From positions 9,545 to 73,544 of the forward strand of contig DBFWPL010000025.1 in NCBI GenBank assembly GCA_048463395.1: 64,000 nucleotides of DNA. Reading direction: 5' to 3'. The position numbers and the translations under genes were made by a program. The DNA is from Alphaproteobacteria bacterium. Its GTDB lineage: Bacteria > Pseudomonadota > Alphaproteobacteria > RF32 > CAG-239. Positions 29,779 to 39,461 of this stretch are shown piece by piece (within the stretch, counting starts at the first letter, position 1; each line of letters opens with the position of its first letter). The notes under the pieces were generated by a model. That model saw nothing but the letters and a program-made list of their open reading frames with translations, had not been told where the DNA came from and ran no database searches.

Positions 29779-30992
29779 TAGTACTTACTATGTGCCAATA
29801 AAAGTTGTTTGTTGGTGTTTACTGCGACTACTATACATGACTTGTTTGATTTTTTCAAACCTTTACACGCTTCATCCGCATCATTTTTTTCAAACCCGAT
29901 GATTTTTGAACGATAAACAATGGCGGCACCACTTTCAACGGGTTCTACGGCAATGTGTTTGTTTGAGAATCTGCGGGAAACTTCCTGTTCAATTTTTAAA
30001 GCATAGTTTCTGGCCTTGGTATAGTTGGAAAAGGCTCCTACCTGAATCCCGTAACTTCCTTCAGTCGGATTTTGTTCTTCGCCGGCGGAAATTTGCCGTG
30101 TTTTGTTGGCAGATTTAATGTTTTTTTCTTCCAATCGGGCATAAATGCTTGATTTATTCAGGTTATCGTTCATTGCCAGTTTGGTTAAAGCTTTATCCAT
30201 TAACTGAGAAACTTTTTGATCCCTGTTTTGGGCGGTTTTGTGCCCCATGGTAACGGCAATGACTCTTTGTCCGTCTCTTTGTGCTGAAGTGATGATATTG
30301 AAACCGGCGGCGGCGGTATATCCGGTTTTCATGCCGTCAGCCCCTTCAAATGATTTGAGAAGGTGGTTGTGGGTGTAAATGGTTTGACCTTTGTAGGTAA
30401 ATTTTTTGCAGGAAAACCAAGAGTAATATTGTGGAAAATGGTGGTACATAGCCGCCCCGAGAAGAGCCATGTCCCGAGCCGTGGTTTTTTGAGCTTTGTT
30501 CGGCAAGCCGGAGGCGTTTTTGAATGTGGTGTTTTTCATGCCGAGCTCTTTGGCGACTTTAGTCATGGTTCTAGCAAAATTTTCTTCCGTATACCCTAAG
30601 CCTTCTGCTAAAACGGTGGCACAGTCGTTGGCTGATTTGACAATAAGTGCCATAATGGCGTCTTTGACTTTGATGGTTTCTCCGGCTTTCAGCCCGAGTT
30701 TTGACGGCGAACGGTTAGCCGCATTACGGGAAACGGGCAATTTATCTTCCAGTTTAATCAGTCCCTTTTCAAGAGCGTCAAAGGTAATGTAAAGAGTCAT
30801 TACTTTAGTCAATGAAGCCGGATAACGCAATGTATCTGCTGCAGATGAGGAAAGGACTTCTCCGTTTTCGGCGTTGATGATAATAGAAGAGGTGGAGGCT
30901 GCGGCTTTTGATATATTGGATGTGCACAAAAATAAAGTGCAGATTGTGCACATTCCCAAATGCAACAGACTATTTCTTATTGTTTCTTTCAT
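29778..30992 (-). CDS. dacC: D-alanyl-D-alanine carboxypeptidase (S11, PBP5/6-like) with a C-terminal SPOR domain
   Basis: A signal peptide is followed by the SxxK motif (ASLTK), SxN and KTG motifs. The C-terminal SPOR-like domain reads GIQVGAFSNYTKARNYA. Confidence 0.8.
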   Translation of the reverse strand: MKETIRNSLLHLGMCTICTLFLCTSNISKAAASTSSIIINAENGEVLSSSAADTLRYPASLTKVMTLYITFDALEKGLIKLEDKLPVSRNAANRSPSKLGLKAGETIKVKDAIMALIVKSANDCATVLAEGLGYTEENFARTMTKVAKELGMKNTTFKNASGLPNKAQKTTARDMALLGAAMYHHFPQYYSWFSCKKFTYKGQTIYTHNHLLKSFEGADGMKTGYTAAAGFNIITSAQRDGQRVIAVTMGHKTAQNRDQKVSQLMDKALTKLAMNDNLNKSSIYARLEEKNIKSANKTRQISAGEEQNPTEGSYGIQVGAFSNYTKARNYALKIEQEVSRRFSNKHIAVEPVESGAAIVYRSKIIGFEKNDADEACKGLKKSNKSCIVVAVNTNKQLLLAHSKY

Positions 30993-31167
30993 TTCCAGCT
31001 CTTCTGCCTTGAATTTTCTTTAAGTTAATTCTATGGCAAAATAGCAAATAAATTGTTAATTTTTGAATTATAAAAGATTTTTTTGAATACTTCTTTAGTC
31101 TATAAGAGATGTATAAAATTTTTGCTTGACTTTATTGCATATTCTCTGTAAAACCCAATAGTCAACG

Positions 31168-31243
31168 GCGAACGTAGCTCAGTTGGTAGAGCCCCGGTTT
31201 GTGGTACCGGTTGTCGTGGGTTCGAGCCCCATCGTTCGCCCCA
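31168..31243 (+). tRNA. tRNA-His (anticodon GTG)
   Basis: A cloverleaf can be drawn with an extra 5' G at -1, the acceptor stem GCGAACG/CGTTCGC, a D arm GCTC-AGTTGGTA-GAGC, an anticodon stem CCGGT/ACCGG with loop TTGTGGT, and a T arm GTGGG-TTCGAGC-CCCAT. A 3' CCA is encoded. It is followed by a hairpin terminator. Confidence 0.9.
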
Positions 31244-31513
31244 GTTTGAGAAAAAGCATCGTTTAATACGGTGCTTTTTTGTTTATGGTTATCAGGGGCT
31301 CGAACCAAGGTTCGTCTGGCTCATAAGCTCACTTTCAGTTCGCTAACTCGCTGCGGTCACTCCATTTGTAACATTTGTTTCGCAGCACTGTCGTTTGCTC
31401 ACAAACTAACAAATTGTCGTCTGTCGTCAAAAAACAATCCGCCGGATTGTTTTTTATTCTCCAGCCCCATCGTTCGCCCCAGTTTGAGAAAAAGCACCGT
31501 TTAATACGGTGCT
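31225..31513 (+). repeat. 61-bp direct repeat of the tRNA-His 3' end plus its downstream terminator (copies at 31225-31285 and 31453-31513), likely an att-like integration scar
   Basis: Both copies read AGCCCCATCGTTCGCCCCAGTTTGAGAAAAAGCA[T/C]CGTTTAATACGGTGCTTTTTTGTTT, with one mismatch. The intervening 167 bp contains an inverted copy of the tRNA T-arm (GGGGCTCGAACC) and a hairpin plus T6 terminator (CAATCCGCCGGATTGTTTTTT). Confidence 0.7.
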
Positions 31514-31524
31514 TTTTTGTTTTT

Positions 31525-31986
31525 TTAAGTAATGTCATCTTTTTCCATGTATATTTTCATAATATCGGAGAATGTCGGATATTCGGCTCGGGAAAGAAGA
31601 TTTATTCTATCCGCAACGGCATAAGAATCTGTCTGTTTGTCATAGAAAATAATACTTTCGGAGATTCTACCTAAGACGGTTTTATTCCTGAAAAAGTCAT
31701 AATCGGCATAAGTTTTGGCGATGCTTGCCAGGTCAGGAAAAACATATTCTTTTTCTTTCCGGTTGTGAGAAACGGTTCCATAAAGTTCGAGCCCGTTATA
31801 GATAAAACCGTCGGAGAGTTTTAGAAAGACTTTGTATTCGTCCGGAAGTTCCGAGAAGCCGTTATCGGTAAGGACGGTATTAATCATGTTAATCTTTTTA
31901 TCATCGGCCGGAGAAAATGTTACGCAGCCGTTTTTTTGTTTAAAAACGTTTAAGCAGCGGCTAATCATTGTATATTTTCCCTTCAA
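31525..31986 (-). CDS. SUKH-family (SMI1/KNR4-like) immunity protein
   Basis: The SUKH signature LPDEYKVFLKLSDGFIYNGLELYG is present, followed by IIFYDKQTDSYAVAD (the G/D-rich second motif). Confidence 0.65.
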   Translation of the reverse strand: MKGKYTMISRCLNVFKQKNGCVTFSPADDKKINMINTVLTDNGFSELPDEYKVFLKLSDGFIYNGLELYGTVSHNRKEKEYVFPDLASIAKTYADYDFFRNKTVLGRISESIIFYDKQTDSYAVADRINLLSRAEYPTFSDIMKIYMEKDDIT

Positions 31987-32566
31987 AATAAGGTATAAAT
32001 ATTTTTTTGTGCAATCGCAGGAAGTTGTTGGTTATCTGCATATCAAAAATCTGGTGCAAATTATTGTGGGTCGGATGCGTTTTTATGAGCATAAGATTGT
32101 TAAAGCCGGTGTTGCCGTCGAAGTCAAGCGGAATCTTGAGATGGGTGTTTAAATTCTCTGGGGCAATGCCTTGTTTTAAGAAATTTATATCTTCCTCAGA
32201 AAGTCCGGCCTCCCGACATTCAGAAGTACAGGAGTAGGCGAGAAGTTTAAAAAACATGATTCTGGAACGTTGATATTCTCCCAAGATTTTTTGCATATCC
32301 TGCCAAGACTGCGGATGATAACTTTTTTCAATCAATTCAAACTTAGAGAGTTTTAACTCATTGATTTTCTTCTCAACCAGAGTTTTCATCTCTTGTTCGG
32401 AAATGGTTGAGATTTGTTTGGGAGATTGGGGTTCGTTTATTTCTTTATGAGGAGGAATGTAGATTTCCAGTGTTTCTCCAACCAAATCCCCGTAAGCCGC
32501 AACCAAAGATGTTTTGGGTTTCTCTTCGGTTTTTGGCTGGTTGATTTGGTTGGACCATTCCCACAT
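31961..32566 (-). CDS. Hypothetical protein with a C-terminal HNH-like nuclease motif, candidate toxin
   Basis: The C-terminal region NTHLKIPLDFDGNTGFNNLMLIKTHPTHNNLH fits the HNH pattern His-(Gly-rich)-Asn-Leu-...-His-x3-His. The gene overlaps the downstream SUKH gene by 26 nt. Confidence 0.45.
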   Translation of the reverse strand: MWEWSNQINQPKTEEKPKTSLVAAYGDLVGETLEIYIPPHKEINEPQSPKQISTISEQEMKTLVEKKINELKLSKFELIEKSYHPQSWQDMQKILGEYQRSRIMFFKLLAYSCTSECREAGLSEEDINFLKQGIAPENLNTHLKIPLDFDGNTGFNNLMLIKTHPTHNNLHQIFDMQITNNFLRLHKKIFIPYFEGKIYND

Positions 32567-32588
32567 TATAAAATCCCGTGATTATTTG

Positions 32589-34811
32589 TTATTCCTGATT
32601 GTCATCGTCGAATTCGTCATCTTCAAATTCATCGTCTAAATCTTCGTCCGGATTATAATCGAGGCCAAGTTTGGAGAGCATGTCTTCGTTAATATCCTCG
32701 CGTTGAGCGACAATCCAATCCGGAACCCATGGAGCCGGAGGAAGTTTGGATAAGGCCAGCATTTGTTTATCCAGATAAAAACGCGGTGCATCGGCGATGA
32801 TCGGGCGGTCGATGGAGCCTTGCATCAGGACAACTTGTTTTAACATCGGCAAGCTCAGCAATTGCGTGGTGCTGATAACCGAAGTTCCCTGTAATTGATA
32901 ACTGACGTTTTTGGCAAACGGATTGGAGCCTTTGCCCAGACCGCCTTCGTTTTTGGAGAAAGACGTGGTTTGAACGGTTTTGTTACCAATCATTTTAGAG
33001 AAACGTTGGGCTGTCTGTTCGTTGTTCTGAGACAAGATGACTTTGCATGCGGTGGTGGAAATCACGGTTTCCAAATCGTCTTTTCCGTATTTACCGGAGA
33101 TTTGTCCCAGGTCTTGTCCGATAAGCAGATATGACACTTTCTGTCCACGACCGACCGCCGGTCCGTCGATAATGGCTTTTAATTTAGGCATTTGCGGAAA
33201 CTCGTCGAGTACGAACAGGCAAGGGTAAGGCCCCATTTTGCCTTCGGTTTTGTTGACGAAGTTAGGCGGATTTGCAATCAGATATGAAGACATAAGCTCA
33301 ATAAACGTACCGCTGATGATGTTCAAGGCTCGTGCGTCAACCTGGTTAACGGAAAGATAAACGGAGATAGGTTTCCATTCTCCCGTAATCGGGTCTTTCA
33401 TACCGCGGAGGTCTCTAAATTGCAAATCAGAGAAACTGGTGCGGGATACCACGGCCGAGTTTTTAAAGATGCCGATGCCCGAGAAACCGGTAGAAAGCAC
33501 GGAACCTCTTTCTTTATCCGGCATGGAGCTTAATTGGCTCAATTCAACGATACAGCGTTGAGAGTAACCGAATTTGCGGGCTTCGGCAATGGCTTCTTCA
33601 AGCAAATCTCTCATCGGGTCAGCCATGGCGGCCATTTGGTCGCCTTCTTCCAGACGGCGTTTGATTTCCTGAGACTGCTTAATCTGGGCTTCGGTAATCC
33701 ATTCCAAAATCATGGCCAGGCAAGATTCATGCCCGATCCATTTTTCCGGCAGCAAAGCCCAAGTTCCGATAGGCAGGTAATTGTCTATGGTAATATTGTT
33801 GTTTTTGAGGTTTTGGATAGCCTGAGCCGACATCGGGTCGTGCATTTCCATATAATAACCTTCAAGTACGCGTTTGTCTTCTTCATCCAGTTTGCCTTCA
33901 TAGACACGGCCGATGAAGTAGTCGTTAGCCCGGGCCCTTTCGCATTTTGAGGCAATGAAGTGAATGAAACCGGTCAGGGCTGAACGTCCGGTCTTGGACC
34001 AGTGTGGGTCGGCACCGCCTTTAGGGTCTTCAACCAAAATGTTACACATGGAGTCAACATACATATCGCGGTCAGGTCCCGGCATTGGCAATGCTTGCGG
34101 GGAAAGCGGATTCCAGCTTGGATAATAAACACCTTCTGCCGGATTATCTTCGGCACCCCAGTTAATTACGAAAACAGGTCCGTCTTTGGCTCGGGCTCCG
34201 GTTGTGCTGTAACACAGTTCCGGTTTAGGGTCGTTTACGATAATGCTCATGCCGTGAGAGTTGAAAATGGTCGGAATAACCACTCCGGCTGTTTTACCGG
34301 TACCCGGAGGAGCACAACACAGGGTGGCCAGTGTTTCTTTGAGCATAAGCATTTTGCCGTTGAATTTTCCGACAACCTGACAAAAACCGTCAAAGCCGAG
34401 CAACGGCATTTTTTTGATGTCTTTTTCCGTGGCAATGCGGGCAGAACCGTGGATGTTTGATTGGAAACGGTATGGGTTGGTTATCACGCCGATAATAATT
34501 CCGGTCGGTAGGGACAGAATCGGAAGAATCGGAAGCCAGAGACTTACCGAGAACGGGCCGTGATATCCGGATAATTGTTTGAACCAGTTCCAATATCTTG
34601 AGAATAGGAAGTTTGGATTGTTGATAATGGCACTGATAAATTTACCGACATCGTTCAGCGTGTCTTTGGAAATACCGCTGCCGATAAGGTACCCTAAAGG
34701 CATGGATATGATTGCGAGAACAATTGTAACGGCCAATGAAATGACGATGGTTAAAACCATCCATTTCACCGCGTTATCATACTCTTCCCATTCTTCTCCT
34801 CTTTTTTGCAT
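32589..34811 (-). CDS. Type IV secretion/conjugation coupling protein (VirD4/TraG/DotL superfamily ATPase)
   Basis: Two N-terminal TM helices are followed by a Walker A motif (APPGTGKTAGVVIP) and a Walker B motif (LFVLDEFPQ). Length is 740 aa, with an acidic C-terminal tail. Confidence 0.85.
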   Translation of the reverse strand: MQKRGEEWEEYDNAVKWMVLTIVISLAVTIVLAIISMPLGYLIGSGISKDTLNDVGKFISAIINNPNFLFSRYWNWFKQLSGYHGPFSVSLWLPILPILSLPTGIIIGVITNPYRFQSNIHGSARIATEKDIKKMPLLGFDGFCQVVGKFNGKMLMLKETLATLCCAPPGTGKTAGVVIPTIFNSHGMSIIVNDPKPELCYSTTGARAKDGPVFVINWGAEDNPAEGVYYPSWNPLSPQALPMPGPDRDMYVDSMCNILVEDPKGGADPHWSKTGRSALTGFIHFIASKCERARANDYFIGRVYEGKLDEEDKRVLEGYYMEMHDPMSAQAIQNLKNNNITIDNYLPIGTWALLPEKWIGHESCLAMILEWITEAQIKQSQEIKRRLEEGDQMAAMADPMRDLLEEAIAEARKFGYSQRCIVELSQLSSMPDKERGSVLSTGFSGIGIFKNSAVVSRTSFSDLQFRDLRGMKDPITGEWKPISVYLSVNQVDARALNIISGTFIELMSSYLIANPPNFVNKTEGKMGPYPCLFVLDEFPQMPKLKAIIDGPAVGRGQKVSYLLIGQDLGQISGKYGKDDLETVISTTACKVILSQNNEQTAQRFSKMIGNKTVQTTSFSKNEGGLGKGSNPFAKNVSYQLQGTSVISTTQLLSLPMLKQVVLMQGSIDRPIIADAPRFYLDKQMLALSKLPPAPWVPDWIVAQREDINEDMLSKLGLDYNPDEDLDDEFEDDEFDDDNQE

Positions 34812-34825
34812 TTTTACTCTACACC

Positions 34826-36106
34826 TTACGCAATGTTTCTAATTAGTTTTTTTACTTTTTCAAATTTGTCTTTATCGATTTTATCGTTTGCTTCTTCCAA
34901 TGTTTTGGAGAACAGTTTCAGTTCTTTCGGGGTTCCCCGGTCAATGCGGGTAACGTTGATGTCCATGTCGTCCCAGACTTCAAACATATCTTCAGCATTG
35001 ATGATATTGCCGATTTGTTCCACAACATAAGCCTTAATTTCAAATTTCAAATCCTGTTCTTCTAATTTGTCGGCTAAAATCCGGCGGGACAAATCAACCT
35101 TGCGTACAGGGGAAATCCGGTGGGAACTCTCAGAAAACCACAGCGGTTCTTCGTCATTGAAACGTTCTTCATCAGCGAGCCAGTCGCCCGGTTCTTTATC
35201 CAATAAACAAAGACAGATTTGTTTGTCGGCAACGCCGATAAAGTCTATCAGGTTATTTTTGATGGTTGTTCCGGAAATGACCTCATATCCCTTTTGTTTG
35301 ATGACTTCCAGACTGGAGTTGCCGCTTCCCCGAGAGGAAGGTTGTTTGGCGGCAGGAGTTGTTGTCGCAGGGGCTTTTTTCTCTTTAGGGGTTTTGGTGT
35401 TTTTGTTTTTTGTTGTTTTATCTTCTTGTCGCAGAGAAGGAGTTTCATTTACAGGTTCTTCTTTTCTGTCATTATCCTGTTTATCAAAAGCGTCAAAATT
35501 AAAGTCAAAATCGTCTTCTTCACTATCGTCAAATCGGAAAAGGGAGTGGTCGAATACTTTTTCCGGTGTAGGAGCCGGTTTGACTTCCGGAGCGGGAGCT
35601 TTTGGTTTGATGCGGTTCGGAGCGGAACGAGAGGTTGCCGGCCGAGGTGATAAATCAAATTTCTCGTCAATCGGGTTGCGAATACTGCGAGGACGGACTT
35701 CTTTGTAGGATTTTTTCTTTTTAACAGCTCGGGTGCTGGCTGCCGTATTGGCAATCATTTTAACCGGTTTGAAGAAAATGCTGTTGAAGAGTTTTAATGG
35801 AGACAAGGCAATTTTTAAAAAGATTTTTTCCCAGGCAATCATGCTTAAAGCCGCCCAGCCGGTCAGCCAGAGCGGAATAAACGTCAGGATGATTAACACA
35901 AAAGCCCATTCTTTGGGATCATCAATGACCCAGCCGGACATCCACAAATCCCATGCGTGTTGCCAGTGGCCGGTGCGGAAGATGTCAAAACGCCAGTTTC
36001 GGAGCATAATAACCCTAATGCCTTCAATGAAGAACACGCTCCAAAAAAGGCCGACACATATGATTCTTATTAATATCAATAAGGGTTTCAAGCTTCTCTC
36101 CAACAA
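34826..36106 (-). CDS. Hypothetical membrane protein upstream of the T4CP (DotM/IcmP-TrbA-like position; function unknown)
   Basis: N-terminal TM helices are followed by a Lys/Pro-rich linker, an acidic DDSEEDDFDFNFD patch and a C-terminal globular region. The DotM-like assignment is inferred only from position and architecture. Confidence 0.5.
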   Translation of the reverse strand: MLERSLKPLLILIRIICVGLFWSVFFIEGIRVIMLRNWRFDIFRTGHWQHAWDLWMSGWVIDDPKEWAFVLIILTFIPLWLTGWAALSMIAWEKIFLKIALSPLKLFNSIFFKPVKMIANTAASTRAVKKKKSYKEVRPRSIRNPIDEKFDLSPRPATSRSAPNRIKPKAPAPEVKPAPTPEKVFDHSLFRFDDSEEDDFDFNFDAFDKQDNDRKEEPVNETPSLRQEDKTTKNKNTKTPKEKKAPATTTPAAKQPSSRGSGNSSLEVIKQKGYEVISGTTIKNNLIDFIGVADKQICLCLLDKEPGDWLADEERFNDEEPLWFSESSHRISPVRKVDLSRRILADKLEEQDLKFEIKAYVVEQIGNIINAEDMFEVWDDMDINVTRIDRGTPKELKLFSKTLEEANDKIDKDKFEKVKKLIRNIA

Positions 36107-36147
36107 TTATGCCATAGTATAACAGCATTAGAATTGTTAACAACTGT

Positions 36148-36642
36148 TTATTTTTCGCTGTTCATTTTTTCCTGAATGCTTTCTCTTATTTGAGAAGAGG
36201 TGTTTTCCGGAGATCTGTTTTTGTCAAAGAGTTTCATTCTGTCTTCAATCAGCTCATCCAGTTTCTGAGATTTTTTGCTGCCGCCCATGTTTTTTAAGAC
36301 AATACGGGAAGAAGCTTCGCCATATTTTTTGATTTTACGTTTGTTATACCAGATAATCGGTGTCAATAACAATTGCACGAAGTCTTTTCGGTAAAAATAT
36401 CTCCAGCCGAGTATCCAGACTGGTATAATCAGCAGCAGACAAGTAACAAAAAGATAGTCTTTTCCGCTTTTGATGCGGCCGCCGTTTTCCCAAAAGGTAT
36501 TGATTGTCTGCCAGTCTCCGGCGGAAAGGTAGTTAAAATTCCAAATAAGATAAATAAGAAGGCCGGTGCAATAGACATAGGCATAGGTCCAAATTGTTCC
36601 GACCAAACAAAATTTGATGAATTTGGCTAGTTTTTTAAGCAT
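36148..36642 (-). CDS. Hypothetical membrane protein
   Basis: A 164-aa protein with 3-4 TM helices and a charged C-terminus. Confidence 0.5.
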   Translation of the reverse strand: MLKKLAKFIKFCLVGTIWTYAYVYCTGLLIYLIWNFNYLSAGDWQTINTFWENGGRIKSGKDYLFVTCLLLIIPVWILGWRYFYRKDFVQLLLTPIIWYNKRKIKKYGEASSRIVLKNMGGSKKSQKLDELIEDRMKLFDKNRSPENTSSQIRESIQEKMNSEK

Positions 36643-36664
36643 TTTTCTTGATTTCCTTATTTCT

Positions 36665-38341
36665 TTATCTACCGCCTATGCCACCAAGCATTTGAGCCAT
36701 TTGACGGTCTTTTAAGGCTTGTTGTTGTTTTTGTTGATTATTTTTGTTGATGGTTTGCTGAGCTTTTTTGTCGGCTTCAACGGTTCCTGATACAGGTCCT
36801 GTCGCATTGTAATATTCTAATTTACTTTGCCATTTAATATATTCTTGTTGTTCTTTTTCGCTTAGATTTCCTTTGTGATCAAGGGTTTCCAGTTTCTTTT
36901 GGCAAATATCAACCAGTTTTTGTCTCCGGTCAATGTTATTGACTCGTCTTTGGGTTGCTTGCACCAATTCCTGATCTTTCTCGGCCATTTTCCCCATCAT
37001 CATCTGTTCAATATTTTTTCCTTCAACGGCTTCCTGATAAAGGCCTTTAGGTTGATTATCCCGCTGATTGTCATTGGCGGGAGCGTTATCCCAGCCTAAA
37101 GATTCTTTTATTTTATCAAGTGCCGGATTTTCTTTCGGCTCTTTGCCTTTTTCAACATAATGCCCTTTTTTATGGTTTTTGTCAGCTTTTTCTCTGGCTT
37201 TTACGGCCGTTTTTAAGGTTTCATTCAAAAATGCGGTCGGATCTCGGCCCTCTTTTCTCTCCTGATCACATTTCTTGGCAATTAACAGTTTGGCTTTCTT
37301 TTGATAAGCATCAAACAGTTTTTCGGGATTCGCATTTTTGAAGGCATTAGGGTCGGCATGCAATTCCGCGGTCATTTGAGCCTGGGCGATTAATGCGGAA
37401 CTTTGTTCTACGTTTATTAAGTTGTCACGCAGATCTTTCATATTTTTCCCCAGGTCTTTGAGGAAATCTTTTTTTGTTCTTTTAGGATTATTCTTATCTG
37501 GATGCTCAGGCATATTTTGCAGAAAACGTTTTGTCTCCGGACTGAAAGATGTTTCATCGTAGTTTCCTGCCATGGCGGCTTTGATGTCTTTTTGGAATGA
37601 TTTGTCTTGTTCTTCCAACTCTTCCGTTTTCTTTAAACTTTTTTTGTCGGCATAATTATCTACTTTGTTTTTTTGTGTAGAGGTTTTATCCGGCGTGTTG
37701 CCTGATATTATTTTGTCTTTTTGTCGACCTTGCCGTGCTCTGAAATAAGCTCCGCTAAGTTTTTCACTTCCTTTTTTCCATAACCAGTTCGCTCCGCCGA
37801 TAAGCCAGTCAGTATACATATATTGGATAATATCACCTTCTTTGAACGGACCGTCTTCTTCTTTTCCTTTAGGTTGTTCACCGTCTTTGTTTTCAATTTC
37901 CGGAGCATCTTGTTCTTCCAGATTCTTTTTTTGTTCTTCAAGGGCGGCTCTTTCCGGTGCATCCAGACCCTCGACAAGAAGTTTATGATTGATTTCGTCA
38001 ATTGTCAGGCCTTTGGCACTTTCTGCCGTGATTCTTTCTTTCGGTTGAGACTGTTCCGGTGCAGTACCTTCCACGGTTAAGTTCTTATTTTCTTCGGAGA
38101 CGCCCAAGGTTTCCGGTTGTTTTGTTTCTGAATTGGTTGTTGCAGGAGTTTCTCTTGAGACTTCCTCAGAAATTCCCATCGTCGTTCTTTTCGGCTCCTG
38201 TTGCTGTGTTGCTGCCGGAGAAGCCTGAGACGGTTGCTGAGAAGCTGCAGTGTTTGTGGCGGTCGGCTTTGTTTGCGGCGTTTGGGTATTTGTTGCAGCC
38301 GGTTTAGGAGAAGTTGGGTTTGTCTGTTTTGTATCAGCCAT
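36665..38341 (-). CDS. Hypothetical low-complexity charged protein (Gln/Lys/Glu/Thr-rich)
   Basis: A 558-aa protein with a disordered N-terminus (TNTQTPQTKPTATNT...) and no recognisable catalytic motif. Confidence 0.5.
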   Translation of the reverse strand: MADTKQTNPTSPKPAATNTQTPQTKPTATNTAASQQPSQASPAATQQQEPKRTTMGISEEVSRETPATTNSETKQPETLGVSEENKNLTVEGTAPEQSQPKERITAESAKGLTIDEINHKLLVEGLDAPERAALEEQKKNLEEQDAPEIENKDGEQPKGKEEDGPFKEGDIIQYMYTDWLIGGANWLWKKGSEKLSGAYFRARQGRQKDKIISGNTPDKTSTQKNKVDNYADKKSLKKTEELEEQDKSFQKDIKAAMAGNYDETSFSPETKRFLQNMPEHPDKNNPKRTKKDFLKDLGKNMKDLRDNLINVEQSSALIAQAQMTAELHADPNAFKNANPEKLFDAYQKKAKLLIAKKCDQERKEGRDPTAFLNETLKTAVKAREKADKNHKKGHYVEKGKEPKENPALDKIKESLGWDNAPANDNQRDNQPKGLYQEAVEGKNIEQMMMGKMAEKDQELVQATQRRVNNIDRRQKLVDICQKKLETLDHKGNLSEKEQQEYIKWQSKLEYYNATGPVSGTVEADKKAQQTINKNNQQKQQQALKDRQMAQMLGGIGGR

Positions 38342-38422
38342 GGTTTTTATCCTGCTTAAATTTGATTTTATTTAATTTTATCACACTAAAATGTTTTTGT
38401 CCATATTTTTGCCAATTTTATT

Positions 38423-39451
38423 TTAAATCTTGAGTTTTCGGATAAATTCACCGATTTCGATGTTAACCCTTATGCCGTCTTGAGGGGTTGGTTTTATCAT
38501 TCCGAAGAAACGAGGACGGATTTTACTGACGTCGATCGGAGCGAATACGGCCGGATTTTTTGTCAAAACCTGATAAGCTCCGTCAGGATCTTTTTGTGCT
38601 GTTTTGAAGTAATTGTTTATTAAACGTTCGGCGTTAATCGGAAATTTCTTTTCTTCAATAGCTTTGATGTATTTGTTTATCCGATTAATGCGTTCCTGAT
38701 GTTCCTGATAAATTTCCCGTTCGATTTTTTTTCGCTGAGCTTTTAGACGTCTTTCATCATAAGAAATTTCACAGCCTTCCATTTCAATCAAAATCTCAAC
38801 ATAGGAAATGATTGCCAGCTGCAAAGTATCATCGGTTGTTTTTTCGGCAAAATCCAGTAAATCTTCGTCGCTTGCGTTAGGGTTGATACCTAATGTGTGT
38901 AACGGATGGACTTTTAGAATTATGTCCCAACCGGTTAAGGTATCTTCGGCTATTTTTTTGCCGATAGACGGGCGATAACGGGGAGCCAACATAGAGGTTG
39001 TTACTTTGAAATCCGGTATGTCCAAGTTATTTTCTTCAGCAATTAAAGCAATGGCATCGGCGAAATTGGTGTAAGCCTGATAAAGAGCATTTTCTTCTTC
39101 TTCCAGATTTTCAGCAGATATGGAAGGGAGTTGGACAGTGGGTTTTTCTTCTTCTTCGGAAGGTGTTTTTCCTGATTTGAGCTGTTCGATTTCATCGTCA
39201 ACGGTTTCAAGCTCTGAACTGATGAAATCATTCAATAAGCGTTCAAACTCGTCATCATCGTTGCTTTCTCTGATTGTGAGAGTAGGGGTTTCTTCCGTAT
39301 CTGTTGATGTTTCAGGCAAATCAAAGTTGTCTTCAATCAAATTTGAGATTTCTTCATGAATTGGAATGTCCGGTGCCGGAGAGGCCGGTTGCTGCACGGC
39401 TTTTTTTACTTTTATTTTTTTGAAAACCTTAACGTTTTGTTGTTCGCTCAT
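38423..39451 (-). CDS. Hypothetical acidic protein
   Basis: A 342-aa protein with Glu/Asp-rich N-terminal and middle regions and no recognisable motif. Confidence 0.5.
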   Translation of the reverse strand: MSEQQNVKVFKKIKVKKAVQQPASPAPDIPIHEEISNLIEDNFDLPETSTDTEETPTLTIRESNDDDEFERLLNDFISSELETVDDEIEQLKSGKTPSEEEEKPTVQLPSISAENLEEEENALYQAYTNFADAIALIAEENNLDIPDFKVTTSMLAPRYRPSIGKKIAEDTLTGWDIILKVHPLHTLGINPNASDEDLLDFAEKTTDDTLQLAIISYVEILIEMEGCEISYDERRLKAQRKKIEREIYQEHQERINRINKYIKAIEEKKFPINAERLINNYFKTAQKDPDGAYQVLTKNPAVFAPIDVSKIRPRFFGMIKPTPQDGIRVNIEIGEFIRKLKI

Positions 39452-39461
39452 CTTACTTTTC

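Noticed and set aside
35067-35708. Plus-strand ORFs 35067..35708 and 35219..35650 (Ser/Gly/Arg-rich)
   Set aside because: They are antisense to the 426-aa membrane protein gene. They are low-complexity translations of a Lys/Pro/Glu-rich coding region read backwards.
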